Assembly: GCA_040357565.1 (NCBI GenBank)
Contig: JBDODJ010000060.1
Length of the DNA stretch: 64,000 nt
Source: Cercozoa sp. M6MM
Taxonomy: Eukaryota > Protista > Endomyxa: Ascetosporea
Reading direction: 5' to 3' (one strand)
The position numbers and the translations under genes are program-made. Under the pieces are notes generated by a model that worked only from the letters and a program-made list of their open reading frames with translations, was not told the origin of the DNA and did not search any database. Shown one piece after another: positions 12,833 to 31,073 of the stretch (positions are counted from its first letter, which is position 1; each line of letters begins with the position of its first letter).

Positions 12833-13100
12833 CAGACTGCAGCTCGAAAGTGACCCTAATTATATCTTGCACTGGTTCTACATATTACGAACTAAGTAGT
12901 TCCTCTGCACCTGCCAGAGGGCATGGTAGTGTCTACCGCTGGCTTCATACTTTCGCTGCAGTCGGTAACGTAAGCCGTGGGCATGGGTGATTGTACAGTC
13001 GAGTAAATGCAAACAAGACTCGACAGGCTGTTGTTCATACTAATTTTCGTTGATCAACCGACGAAGGCTAGGGATCAACGCAACCGAGACGTCGCGTCAC

Positions 13101-16100
13101 TCAGTCAAGTGTTGGAATTAAACTGCTCCACCCTAATCCAAACACATACTTTTTCCAGCTCAATAGCAGGCAAAACCGAGCTTACCCGCTCCTTGACGAA
13201 GTGTTTTTTCATGCCCAAAGACAGCAAGCATGTGATTCGCACGTGTCAGGGCGACATTTAAGCGACGAGGGTCTACGCAAAGGTGCTAAGCAACACACCG
13301 TACAATGCTACACACGACTACCCTCGATGAAGCTACAGTCTGACGTGCGAACGGTCGACAGAAGAACAATATCGAAGCTGGAGCCTACATTTTACTATGT
13401 TCGAACAACTGATACAAGAAAGAAACTGATCCAATACTACGTTGTGCAACATCGCTGTCGATAGTGTCGAACGTCAGCTTCGTGCGGATTCCCTCGCGTT
13501 GGTTGCTCGGATACGCTTGCAGCGAATTCATAACCTAGTGCGGCACAAGCAAGCAACCTCAAGAGCAAGTGATACAATCGACATCTGCAACTTCAGGTTC
13601 CCAGCACAGCAAAAAACTAAGATTTGAGTGCTTGGTACCTCTTGCTCCATAAGTCGAACTTGCCCACCATACGGCGAAAGGAAACCGACAGAAGGAACGT
13701 TGCCCTAAAATTAAACAATCGTGCGGCTGACCAAAACAACTTAGAAAAGCAGGCAAAATTTGAGTACCGATGCCAGCACTCCAGCATCACGAGCCAAGCG
13801 AAGAATGAACTCGAAATACGACTTGACAGCGCCAGCCTGGAGCACACTCGTCGATGAATACAACGACAACGAACATAGCGAATTACCTCCTCGTAATTCC
13901 TGTACGAGGTTCTATTGCAGACCCTTTCCTTGCCGTCGCGGACGTTGTACACGCGCGCGGTGCCTGTTATTGATAGAAGCGGTATTTCAAAATACACAAA
14001 CAACACCAGTCGACAACAACTAAGTTTAAATGAACAAAAGAAAAAATACCGAAACGCAGGGAATTTGAGATCCAGTGGAACTTGTTCTCCCACTTGTGCT
14101 ATAAAAAATGCATGTGCCACAAAAAGTCAACTCAACTCAACCGCAAACTGATATGTTCTACCTCATCTCGTTTGACCTTCTCGCTGTCGGCGGTGAGCGC
14201 ACCGGCTGCACCGGACGGTGCGGTCTGCTTTCGGCGTAAACCGGCGATCCGCGGATCCATTCGATCTTGTTGCAGAAGTGGGATTGTAGGGTAGCCCGTT
14301 TTCTAAACACAGCGACACCCGCATAGGTGACCTCCAGGATGGTTTAAAGTGAAGTCAGTCTACCATCAAGCGCTCAAACAAGGATTCTTGGAAAAAACGG
14401 TTCATGAGGCTGGCTGGAACAGTAGCCTGCTCTCAACGCAAGCATATCTACTGTAATAAAGTTAAAGCAAGACGTAAGTTTAGATACCTGTAGGCGGCTC
14501 GGGTCACCCAGCAGAACAAACTTGTCGCGACCGAGAGACACGGGGATCAGGGCTTGATATTCATGCAGCCGCACGGCATCATCGATCACTGCGAAGCGAG
14601 AATAAACACATCGCACATTCACAGGACAAAGTACAATTGAAAGCAATGGAGACTGGAGAATACCGACAACGTCGGGACGCCATTGCGTGCGCAGAGTTCC
14701 AGCACCAGCGGGAGTTGCGAACACAATGTTCCCAAAATCTCGTTTCCGGCTCTGCAAGTAGAGAACAGCAGTTAAGGCCATCAGACCGTCGTGCTTCCGT
14801 ATCGCAGTTAAGAGACACTTCGCGCCTTCTTGAGTTGGCGTACACACTAGCACCTTCCTGTTTCTTTCCTAAATTTACCCAGGTAAAGCAAACCGAAATG
14901 TGGAAGTGAAATATTGAAAAGAAAGAGCAACAACTTACCGAAAAGAACTTTATAATCGTATGGATGAGGTGCAGCTTGTCTAAAGCAATCAAACTGCGTC
15001 ACACGAGCGAGGATACGCATGCAGATCAATTTACTTGATTCGGTGCCAGGCGGTGTCTGGACTAAAGTGACGCGCTGGCGTTCGTTACACGCTGATTGAA
15101 GTGCGTTGCGCTGCGATACGTTTAGTTGCTCACGCTCTGACAGCCAGTCCGCGGCCTGCTCGAACAAAATATCGATTGTGATAAATCGATTGAAACACTC
15201 AATATACTTGTAGATAGCTGCGAATGCACTTACATCCGCATTGTCTTCGGCATGGTGGTTGATGTTGTCGACTCCGTTCGACAACAAAAACGATTTGTCC
15301 GACAAATCGTGAACCGACTCGAAATAGCGCTTGGTGTCCGTTCTGCAAAAATCAAAGTATGATAAACTTAGACTGTAGACATGCTGCGACCTAAGTTACA
15401 GGGAGTGCAAAAATCGAATCCAAACACGAGGCTGCTCTTGTCGCTCTCGCGCCTTGCGCACTCCTTCGCAAAACGGGTGTTTCTTCTTGTTTTGCCACTT
15501 GATCTTGAGTGACGTCCCTGTGCGACTCTCGATGTATCCAAAGACGGCGTACTCATTTGTGGAGTCATTCGGAGCACCGGTGTGCGAGTTGAAATCGATT
15601 GTTTCAAACGAAACCAACACGATGGCGTGTGGGATCAAGGCCTAGTGCACATTAATAATAATAAATTTACCACTGCGTAGCAAATGAAGTCATCAGATGC
15701 GTGGGAAACACCTTTTCTAAGCCCATGTCAGACAGGTCAAGTTTCTCGACTTCAAATGTCCTTGCTCCGTTTGTCTCAAAGAACAGTGTCGCTGCGATGA
15801 CTTGCGTGTCTGCTTTCATGCTGAGCACACACAGCACTTCTGTGTGCTTTTGTACCACAAATCACATGGTGCAGTACCCGTGTGGCCCTTCCACGATGTT
15901 CGCACAGTCACGAACTCGCAGCTCAGCGAAACCTGCGAGAAGCGGCTGTTTGCTCAACAAGGATCGACACAAAAGTCAGCGCAGAACGAACGGTCGAAGC
16001 TGACGGAAATGGTGATTTGTGACTTCGTGTTGGACTCATATTCCTCATAAAGTTCCCGCGGCGACAAGACTAGCAACTTAGTCCGGTACTTTGGGAACTC

Positions 16101-16190
16101 CTTGCTCGGAACGTTAACAGCAGCGGTCGGGCTGCGCATAAGAACGCACAATAAAAAATTTGAGGACAGAATACAAGCAAGACACCTCAT
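13101..16190 (-). CDS. UPF1/Sen1/DNA2-type superfamily 1 helicase-like protein with degenerate Walker motifs; both ends approximate
   Basis: LNVSQRNAL, LVQTPPGTES, VLVCTPT, VIDDA...ALIPV...FVLLGDPSRL, FDIVLLSTVR and motif VI DPRRLNVALTRA (about 13230-13270). Confidence 0.8.
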
Positions 16191-16508
16191 TTCGATTCTG
16201 GGGATCAGCTCAGAGAGATGAATGAAACAGGGATGCAACACTAAAAAGGGCTAAACCGTTGTCTGTGCAATGCTGATTTTGCAGAATATTCCTGATTATT
16301 ATCGGGCCGACCGTTGACCGGAACCGCCGCTCACTCAGTCGAGGGGCAAAATAAGGATCAAATCACCCGTGCTCTTGAAACGCAGGTCTGATGGCACTTT
16401 TATTGTCGTTATCTCGAGCAACTATCTTCCTTGCGCTGAAAAATCTTACCGGCAGCGCAGAGCGATCTCGGAAAATTACTCAAACCTGTTTCTCGAGGCA
16501 CGGCTACG

Positions 16509-19500
16509 CTAGGTGTGCGGCACCATCTGTCGCGCGGCATCGTCGACAGAGAGACCGCGTAACGGCATGCCTGCCGAGGCGGTAGGCGACATGAGCCAGC
16601 GCTGCACGCACTCGGAGTCCACGAGTCGCGCGCCCAGCGCATGCGCCTGTTGCAGCACGGCCGTGCGCACGTTGCTGCGCTTCGACTCGCTCGACAGAGC
16701 ACTCAGCTCGAACAGCAGCACGTCGCCGCGCCGCAAGTCGTCGCGTGTCACCACGGTGGCTCCCAGCGCCGCCACCAGGTGGCGGAACAACTGCTCGCGC
16801 CGGTTCTGCAGCGCGTAGCACGCCACTCGCTTGCCACGCAGTGGCAGCGCTTCCTTCCGCGCGCGCGCTGCGATGGCTCGCGTGATCTTTTCGTCCTCTT
16901 CTGCGCATATTTCATCGACTCGACTCAACTCAAACTCCAAAGCCACTCAACTCAACTCAACTCAACTCAAAGCAACTCAACTCGCTTCGAGTCAACTCAA
17001 CTCAACTCAACTCAACTCAACTCAACTCGAGTCAACTCAACTCAACTCAAGGCAACTCAACTCAAAGCAACTCAAAGCAGCTCAACTCAAAGCAACTCAA
17101 CTCAAAGCACAGTAAACATACGCCACAGATGATCCTTCGCTTCGGGCAGTTTTGGAGTCGTTAGGGCCGATGTGCACCACGAGGCCGACACGATCGTCGC
17201 ACGCGTCGCAATTGCCAGCAACAGCTTCGCAGTGATCAGCGGTCGCGCCAGCACGAGCATATCGAAGGTTTTCGCTTGCTGCTCAAGCAAAGCACAGATT
17301 TCACAGCACAGATTTCACAGCACAGATTTCAAAGCACAGATTCGAGCAAAGCGCTGTGTGATTTGTTCAGCTTTGCAAAACACTTTGAAGGCAAAGCTCG
17401 TACCTCGCAAGTCGAAACATCGTTCAAGAAAGCTTCGCGCACGACGTGCAGTGGCAGTTCGCGCAACTGCGCACGCACGCCGCTCGTCGACTCAAAGCCG
17501 CTCAAGAGCACACGAAGCTGTTTCGTTCGCTTCGACTCTTGAGTAGAATTCGAGTGCTGCAGTACACGGCGTTTCTTGGACGGCGGCGGACCTTCGTCGC
17601 GTGAGAAAGTGCACGAGATTTCGCGTTGCAGCGGCTGCTCTTGTGTGGCTTCACATTTCGCTTCGTGTTTCGCTTCTTGTTTTGCTTCTTGTTTCGCTTC
17701 GTGTTTCGCTTCTTGTTTCGCTTCATCTTGACTACTTCAAAGCGCGCAAAGCGTAGCGAGTCGAAAAAAGAAAGCAGCGAAAGCGAAAGGCAGTTTTCGT
17801 ACTCGGGCGGGACGATGCCTTTGGCGAGACAGGCGCGTCGGACCCAATCGACGCTGCGGCGACGCACTTCGCCGGTGGAGACGCGCAGCTGCAGCGACTT
17901 GGGCAAACTGAGACTGGCGTCGCAGACGACGAACTGGATGGTCTTGGCCGTCGGGTGCTTGAGCACACGTGCGCCCAGCTGACGCAGCATCTGCTCGACT
18001 TGGCTCTTGTTGCCAGCCACGTGGACTCGCGTGCGTGACCACTGACTCGGCCAGTCGTCCCTCTGTGGACACGTGACAGTGACCGATCACTCTGGCCCGC
18101 CTGGGTTGACACCCGCCTGGGTTGACACGTGTGCAGGTGGTACCTTTCGCGGTCGCTTGAAGCCGACGCTGCTGTCGTTGAGCGGTGCTTTCACACGGGC
18201 GTTGTTGACGGTGCCGCTGTTCTCATCGACGGTGACACTGGCCTGCGTGTCGGTGCCGGCGTGGTGCCGAATGATGTCGCGCACGTGCACCACTGAGTTC
18301 TCGGGCGGTTCCACCACCGTCAGTGGCAGTGTGTGCTCCTGCTGATCCTGCTGCTGCGGCTGCGGCTGTTTCTCGAGGTCATCGTCGTCGTTGCCACCGA
18401 GACCGATTTGATCTTGATCATACTGATCGGACGGTTGATCATACTGATCGGATGGTTGATCACTTTGTTGCTGACCACGTGCCAGTGACAGACGGTTGCG
18501 ATGATCGCGCACGTCGCTCGCCAGCGCCAGCAGCGGCAGCGTGTGCCGCACGGCGCGCGTGCTCAGATCCAGCGTGTAGTGCAGCACCGGCAGCACCTGC
18601 AGCAACCGTCACTCAGTCAGGTGGTCACTCAGCGATCACTCAGTCAGGTGGTCACCCTCAGTTATCAGCGGCCGGTACCTTCTGCGTCAGCACCGAGTCG
18701 TACAGCCAGGACCACGTGACCACTGGCACAGAGTACTTGCGCGCCGACTGCACCTTCTTGGACGTGCCCTGCTGCGCCAGCACTGCGGGGGGGGGGTAAG
18801 GGAGGGGGTGGGTGGGGGTGAGGGGGGGTAGGGTGGGGGGGGGGGTAAAACCGTGGGAAGTGCTGCGCGAGCGGAAGCAGGACTCGTGCGGCAGCGCGAG
18901 CAGCTCGGCGAGTTTCGTCACGCGCCGGCGCTCCGACTGCGCGAGTTCCGAGTACGTCATCAGCAGACCTTCTTGCGGCCGCTTGGCCTACTCCACCCCA
19001 CCAACAAGCTTGTTGCACTGCCAATGTTCCCTGTCAATGCCTGCCAACCAGGCTGTCCAAACACAGGTACCTCTGCTGCATGCGGCAGCGGCACAAACAG
19101 CGGCGACTCGGTGATGGCATAGACCAGGTTGTCGGCTGTACAGAGTACCTGTGCGAACAAGCCTGTTTGAGGCAGGCAGTAGCCGTACCTAGACACGCGT
19201 CCACCCAGGCTGGCGTGACACTGCGCGTCCGACCGAGCGACGCGCGACGCAAAAAATGCTCAATTTCGACGCGCTGCTCCGCGCTCACCTCCGTGGCATC
19301 TGCGCGCAGATATACCCCCCCAGATGATACCCCGTCCTCACATGTCAACCCACCCACACGGTTAGCCCCACCCACACGGTTACCCACCCACACGGTTAGC
19401 GATCACTCTGAGGACGGTTTACTTAGAGAAACGCCGGCGTGGCGAAACGCGTCGCGTCGCTCGCGAATCTCCTGCTGCAGCGGGTGCTCCTTGGGCGGTG

Positions 19501-19885
19501 TCGTTTCTGTTTACCCCCCCAAACAACCTTGTTTCTAGAGACACACATGGCCAGAGACAAGACACTGAAGTATACGCATGAAGGAGGAACGAGTGTGTCC
19601 GCTGACACTGTTGTTGTGAACGAGGTTGTTCACGGCACTGTGTTGCGACAGCGTTTCTCGTACCACAAAGTGCACCTGCACAACAGAGTGTACCGACAGA
19701 GTATTAAGGCGAACAAGGTAGTTCCAACAAACCTGTTCGTTGGTACTGCCGTCTAGTACGTGTCCACCAGCCGCGAGGATTCGCCGGCGCAGCGATCGGC
19801 GCGCCTGAGCGTCCGCTAGTCGCAGTCGGAACGCGTAGTTTCGGAACAGCAAACTGCGCGGCACTTCGCCTGTCCGGGGGGGGGG
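16509..19885 (-). CDS. Multi-BRCT-domain protein, TopBP1/Rad4-like; 5' end lost in the N-gap
   Basis: At least five BRCT-like units: RRRILAAGGHV, SVTPAWVDACL, SKKVQSARKYSVPVVTWSWLYDS, MLRQLGARV...SVDWVRRAC, TAKLLLAIA...IVSASWCTSA and LVAALGATVV...LVDSECVQRWL. Confidence 0.75.
16922..17105. repeat. (CAACT)n/(CAAAG) pentanucleotide array in an intron
   Basis: ctcaactcaactcaa... over about 180 bp. Confidence 0.9.
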
Positions 19886-19985
19886 NNNNNNNNNNNNNNN
19901 NNNNNNNNNNNNNNNNNNNNNNNNNNNNNNNNNNNNNNNNNNNNNNNNNNNNNNNNNNNNNNNNNNNNNNNNNNNNNNNNNNNNN

Positions 19986-22900
19986 CACATCTCACATGTT
20001 GCACCTCTCCCTTAACGACAAAAACTGCAAGAAACGCACCCTGCAGTTCTTTCAATGCGTCGCAAAACAGCGCCTCCATCTCTGACTTCTGCAAGACCAG
20101 CAATGTATGGGTAGAAGGGGGTAAAGTCAGAGTGGGCTAATATGGTACAGCTTCAGTGTCGACGATAGCACTCGTTTTCTTCACGCGCTTCTGAGTCAAG
20201 CAAAACAACGTTGAGTCAAGTCAAGCAAAAGCAACTTCCGAGTCAAACGAAAAAGCTTTGTCACCTCGAGTGAAGCACTCAGCTGCGTCAGGAAACCGTC
20301 GAAATCGGCGTCTTTCTCGTCATAGTCGTACTCGTGCACACCCCTGTAACAACAACAACAAAGTATCGAAAAAGCAACAAGTCAAGCAGATGTGGAAGTA
20401 CAAAGCATCGGATTCTTCGAGTTGCTCCTCAAAGTCTTCGGCACTGTCGAGCAGTTCCTGCAGCGCGCTGTCAATCTCGCTTCGTTCGACTGCACTGAGC
20501 GAAGCTTCCTCCGACGTGGCAGCCGAACTGGACTTTTCAGTTTCGACTGCTTGCTTCGCCGGTTTCGCCGACTTGGGCGCCATTTCGAAAGCCTCAGCAC
20601 CGAAGGAAAAACTCGGGACTGCTTTCTGCTTTGTGCTTTCGCCGAAAGAGCCTCCGAAACTGAAAGTTTTGGCTTCATCAGTTTGCTTGGTTTCTTTCGG
20701 TTTCGCGGCAAAGGCGTTGGAAGAGGCAAAGCTGCCGAACGAGCTGGAAGCACTGCTCGGAGTGCTCGAAGAAGCTTCCTTCGGCGGGCCACCGAACGAG
20801 AAACTGAAGGCAGATTTTTCTTGCTTCGGTGCTGCTGCTTTCGGAGTCGGAGCTTTCGCTGTGAGTTGCGGAAGCATGACAGGCTTGTTAGCGATACGCG
20901 GCATGCCCTCGCGGAAGAGAGCAACGACATGTCGCACGTGCTTCTCATCAGTCTCGTCGAGTGCGACGGCGTCGTCCTCGAAGTCGTCGTAGCTGTAGAA
21001 CTGCACGAGTGACACCACGCCGAACGACGACATCAGCACCGCCATCGGGCCGTCTGGGAGGACAGGAGGTCAGCAAGGGACGAAGGTTAGGGGGCAAAGG
21101 TTAGAGGGTAAAGGTCAAGGGGCAAAGTGTCAAGGGGGCAAAGAGTTAAGGGGCAAAGGGTTAAGGGGCAAAGGGTTAAGGGGCAAAGGGTNNNNNNNNN
21201 NGGGGCAAAGGGTTAAGGGGCAAAGGGTTAAGGGAGACAAAGGTTAAAGGGGATACAACTACCCTCGGTGTGCAGGAAACCGCCGCCGAGACAGCCGCGC
21301 GAATCCCAGTCGGCCGAACATGGCATCTGCACGCCTTCTGCCACGGGGAAAGATAAATGAAACAAGTAAAGGAACAAGAGGGGGTAAAGTGTACCATCGC
21401 CGCAGAGCTCGAGCACGCGCGTGTCGATTTGTTCGTTTTCGACAGCGACGCTGAGCAGGAAGGTGTCGCTACTGGTCGTACTGGTCACCAGTGTGCACAG
21501 CGTGTCCTGACTCTGCGTCGGCACCGGCAGACACAGCACGCGCGGTTTGTGCGACACCGCAGCATCCTGGAATTATCGGGATCTTAGGGATCATAGGGAA
21601 GCCAAAGGAGGTGGCCGGGACTGATACCAGAGGCATCAACTGCCGCTCGACACGACTGGCCATCTTGAGCACATCTCCCTGCAGCACAAGCACGGCCACG
21701 CCGTCGCCGTCCGCCGCCTCGCGCGTGCGCAGACCGGCCACGAACACCTGGGGGGTAGAGGGGTGGGTGTAAATGGTGGGTGTAAGTGGTACGGGGAGGG
21801 GGTAATGTGTAACGAACCTTGGCCTGCTTGAGTGTGCCGACAAAGCAGAGCGACGTGCAAACAGCGTCGCCCAGGGACAGTTTGGTAACTTGCACATCGC
21901 CATCGCGCAGGTAGATGCACCCGTCGCTCTGACTGTACAGGAAGCGACTACTGCCACCGTCAGACGCCACGGCAACGGCTTTGTATCGCTTCTTCAACGG
22001 CGCCTCACTGTCGACACTAAAGTACTTGGCATCGGCGTCCACTCTCTCCGACACAGGGTCCACTTGGGCTACACAGAACAATAGAGTGGACCCAGGATGT
22101 TAAGGAAGCAAAGGGTTGTATTTAAGGGTGGGCAAAATGGGTAACATCGGAGGGGGGTAAAACACACCCAAATCGCCCTCCGCGGTCACCAGCAGCACTC
22201 GGTTCTTGTCCAAGAAACAGCACGCCCGTGCTCCCACACAGGCCGCCGACGTCAGCGAACGCGTCGTTCCCTTAACCAGGTCCACGAAGGACACGCACTG
22301 GTCCGAGCAGACACACACCAGTGCCTGAACAAACAGGTTCGTTTGTTTGACACTCAAATCAGACCTCAAGAAACAAGGCACGGCTGCCGGCGACAAGGCG
22401 CAATCGGCAATCGACGTGCCTTCCACCGTGGCCACCACACGGAACAGCCCTCTGCCAAAGCAACCCATTCTTCAGTCTGTTTGTTTTCAAGCAACAATTT
22501 CAAAGCAAAGCGTTCGAAGCAAAGCTATCAAAGCAAAGCTTTCGAAGCAAAGCTATCAAAGCAAGTATTGAAACAAAGCTTCCAAGGTACCCTGTCGAGA
22601 TGAATTGACTGAACTTTTCGTCTTCGGCGGCTTTCAACTCGTTGGTGTCAGCTTCGTCGCCGAGCTCGTTGTCTTCGTCTTCGTCCTCCTCGCCTTGCGC
22701 CGACTCCTCGAGCTTTCGCAGCAAATCATCGGCCGAAGCGAGCAGCACCTGGACTTTGCCCTCGTTTGGAACGACCACAACAACGTCGCCCGATGGCAGC
22801 ACGTAGCACAACCGTCGAAGCGTCTTTTGCGCATCGAAAGCGCTCGAAAGCTCTGCTAGTTTTTCGGTCTGAAAGCGACAAATGGAGCGGAATGTAGTTA

Positions 22901-23100
22901 AATCGAGCGAAACGAGGCAAAGTAAAGCGAAACAAAGTGAAAAGATGCAAAATAGCGCAAAGGTTATTAAATCCCACTCAAACGCGCTCAAATCGAACGC
23001 TGTTTGGTACCGAGTCGATGACGCGCAGAGCACCACCCAGGGCGCCACCCTCGAGCAGGCTACCGACGTAGCGCGGCTCAGGTGCACTCTGCGTGGCCAT
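19986..23100 (-). CDS. FG-repeat nucleoporin, Nup214/Nup159-like; 3' end in the N-gap
   Basis: Beta-rich N-terminal region ending PMAVLMSSFGVVSL, then FSFSFGG, SSFGSF, TFSFGGSFG and SFSFG repeats, then a helical/coiled-coil segment SEIDSALQELLDSAEDFEEQLEE. Confidence 0.65.
21084..21250. repeat. G-rich 15-bp minisatellite (TTAAGGGGCAAAGGG)n in an intron
   Basis: Tandem ggttaaggggcaaag units flank a 10-N gap. Confidence 0.9.
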
Positions 23101-23325
23101 CAGCTGCACTGCTGCCACACGGGAGTCCACCAAAAACACTAGCAACGAGAGTTTTGGCAGCAATCAAATTTTGCTGGCTACAATTCTCTTTTTCAATCCA
23201 CTGCGTTTCGCCACCACAAGTGCTTCTAAGAGATCTGTGCATTTTGAACAAACTACCAGTTTGTAAACGGACGCAGTGCACTCAGAAGCTCGTCAATCTT
23301 GTTCACCAAGACATCTTTTTGGGCG

Positions 23326-23973
23326 ATGGAGACCCCTGCACGCGTTGCGGATGTATGTGTTTTTCTCTTGATTTTGCTTGTTTTCCGCTTGATTTGGCTT
23401 GCTCTCGCTAAATTCCGCCCGGTTTAGTGTAGATTCGCTTGATTTCACCGTTGTTTCGCGTAGTTGCCGCGCATCCTGGCGTACAACCTGTTCGGTCTGC
23501 CGCGAGTGGCGGCAGCGTTCGCGCGGATGGACTTTTGCGCCGTGGAAAGAGCGCGAATCCTCGCATCGGAGCAAAGCGATGCGCTGTTCGAGAACGTCGA
23601 AGTGGTTTGTTTCGCCGAGTGCTTTCGCGACGATGTGTTTCCGGTGCTGCGCGAAGGCATGGCGCGGCGAGGTTTCGTGCACCATTCGCAGCGCGTTGGA
23701 CACAACCTGGTGACAGTACCGACCGGTCGGAAACGTCGTTTGGGTTGGCCGCTCAATGGTGGCGTTGTGATCTTCAGTCGCATTGCGATCGGCGAGACCA
23801 ACGAGGTCGTGTTTCGCTCTGCCGTCGGTGAGGACTGGTGTGTCGCCAAGGGTGCCGTGCACGTCCGACTGCAGACAAGGCCGACTGTGCACATTGTAGC
23901 CACGCACTTGCAGGCGAATTCTACGGCACAGATGGCTCGACCTTCCGAGTGGTGCACCCTCTTTCTCTCTGTG

Positions 23974-24023
<50 letters not shown>

Positions 24024-24905
24024 ACCACGTACATGTAGGTTTATTGGCGGTGCCAGTCGACGAGAGAGACGGCTCCAGCGGTGCAAGGACGTCCGAGCTG
24101 CGCAACTACAACAAGTGCGCGACCTTGTGGAACGACTCTCTGTGGTATCACCCTTTGATACGACTTGTTGAATAGTGTGTGCAATAGTTTGCCTGTCTTT
24201 ATGTTAGGACGAAAGCGATCTCGTGTTCTTTGCGGGCGACTTCAACATCCACTGGCAGACAGACGAGTGCGCCAGGTCGCTGTGCGGCGTGCTTGGTGCA
24301 GCCACACCGGCGGAACAAGTGCCTTTTGATAACCCGGACATGTACCAATCGTTTAATATACCTTGTTGGAAAGCCTATCATTCTTTGAATAGCCCGTCGT
24401 GCGATCACGGCAAGAACTCGATCCTGCTGGCGCAGAAATCCGACCCGCCTCCACCGGATGCTGCCGAAGAGAGTTCCACGTATCTTCTTTTTCAGTTTAG
24501 CTTGCTTCATTGTGTCACAAAATGCGAATATTGCTTTTGGTAGTCTCGATTACGTTCTACCCACGAAAGAATCTCTCAAGAAACTTGCGGTATTCGCTTT
24601 GCTCTTTACTCGTATTAGCTCCACTGTTTTCGTTCGGTACAGTCGATGGGCGTGCGATGGCGCATGCGGACGATCTCGCGAGTGGCAGCACCCGAGGCCG
24701 GCATTCTGGCTCGCGAGGCCTTTCGCTACAAGGGCCGGCAGTTTGATGACCTGAGTGATCACTACCCCGTGCTTGGCTACGCCGTGCAGGTACTCACGTG
24801 TCTGGCCACTCTCAGCATAGCTATGACGCGTCTTTTTTCGATTTGTAGATGCGTGGCGACGCATCTGGCGATCTGCAACTCACCGAGTCAAGTACTGCTC
24901 GCTCT

Positions 24906-24992
<87 letters not shown>

Positions 24993-25002
24993 NNNNNNNN
25001 NN

Positions 25003-25054
<52 letters not shown>

Positions 25055-25199
25055 TAGTTTCCGGGCCATGAATAAACTGTTGGGTGTAGGTGCGAATGAG
25101 CCAAGTGAAAACGTCAACGGCACTGGCATGTCGCAGTCGGAAACAGCGTCCGACGGAGAGCCAGAGTTCCCTCCGATTTCTTCGTCCGGCTTGCTTTGA
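23326..25199 (+). CDS. EEP-superfamily phosphodiesterase, sphingomyelinase C-like
   Basis: RILAYNL, CFAECF, NGGVVIFSR, DWCVAKGA, HIVATHLQA, FFAGDFNI, SLDYVL and LSDHYPV. Confidence 0.85.
24911..25049. repeat. (GA)n microsatellite with N-gap
   Basis: Direct observation. Confidence 0.95.
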
Positions 25200-25461
25200 G
25201 CGAAACGCCGCATTTACTCAACGCAACACACAACGAGTGCTAGTGTGCTATGAGTACGGTAATACAATCGGACGATGATCGATGAATACTGAAATATGTT
25301 TTATAATTCTCAAGTTCGGAGCGACGCGCGGGTATAAGTAGTATTACGAGCTATTTCAATACCTGCGCGTGTGCGTGTGGCACTATCGGCACTGTGTGCG
25401 CCCAGTTGGTGCTTTGACAGTGAGAAAAAAACGATTTGACTCTGAAGACTCTTAGAAAAGC

Positions 25462-29950
<4,489 letters not shown>

Positions 29951-30200
29951 CTGAACGAAGTCTCTAGTCTGCTTCCAAGTCGCTTCGGAACCAACTGAAA
30001 CTTTAAATCATCGACTAGAGTACGACACGAGAGAAAACTCTGAGTCTGTCGAGCTTCCGGGAGCTGATTCGGTTGACTTGTTTTGCTTGATGATCGAGAG
30101 CAGCCTAAATCACTTCCGATCAGTGATCAAAAGCGCCGTGACGTAACAACAAGAGATATACTGTAAACACAGTGGCCGTGTGGTAACAAACAAACTGAGG

Positions 30201-31073
30201 CTAGCTGTTCTCTGTGGGTTCCTTGGAGACAGCAGGCACGTGGAAGCGCAACAAGTCGACTTCGATGTTCTTGGTCTTCTCTTTGTGGAAGCGGTACATT
30301 TTGGGCACGTCGAACTTGAGCTTGGCCACGAGTTGCACCGTGGCACCGAACTCGCGACCCTTCTTGGCCAAGAAGTCGCGCGTCGACGTCTTGTGCATCG
30401 AGTAGATGCTGCCGCCAGGCCGCAGTAACCGGAAGGCGACCTGCAGAAAGTGAAAGTCAGCGCGCGCCGTCCTGGTGCCGAAAGGAGGGTTCATGATCAC
30501 CTGCAAGCAACGCAGACAATGCGCGCATTTCACCAGAAGAGAAACAGCAAGAAGTTACTGTGTCAAAAACGCCTTCCATCGTGTGCAGCTCGCTGTCGCT
30601 GTCGTCATGCGACTGCAGGAGCGGACGGACGCGCGTGACATCGCACAGCACCGGCGAGAAGTCAGCACCGAGCTCCATGCTCGCAAAGTTTTCCACCGCG
30701 ATCTGCAGCGCTTCCGGGTCCATGTCAAAGCCGATCACGTGTGCTGCGCCCAGACACACCGCGCCGATCGACAGCATGCCACTACACAACGGGAGCATGC
30801 ACTGGGAGCGGGGGGGGGCGGGGGTCTACAGTCTGGCCCACCTGCCGCAACCCAGATCAGCGACCAGCTTGCCCTCGAAAGCCTCGAAGTGCTGCTGAAG
30901 CGTCCACAGAACGCCAGCCGCAAGACGCGGCTGCGTTGGGTACTGCTCCAGCTCGACCTTTGGCCGTCGAAACAGCTCGACCTGCGAGCAGGTTCAAGCA
31001 ATGCATCGGTTCCTTCCGCTCTGAACAGTGATTCTACCTCCTGTAAAACGGCTTCTAACTCCCACTTCTTCAT
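30201..31073 (-). CDS. METTL5: rRNA N6-adenosine methyltransferase METTL5
   Basis: MKKWELEAVLQE, PKVELEQYPT, VADLGCGSGML, VIMNPPFGT, IYSMHKTSTR and KFDVPKMYRFHKEK..IEVD. Confidence 0.95.
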
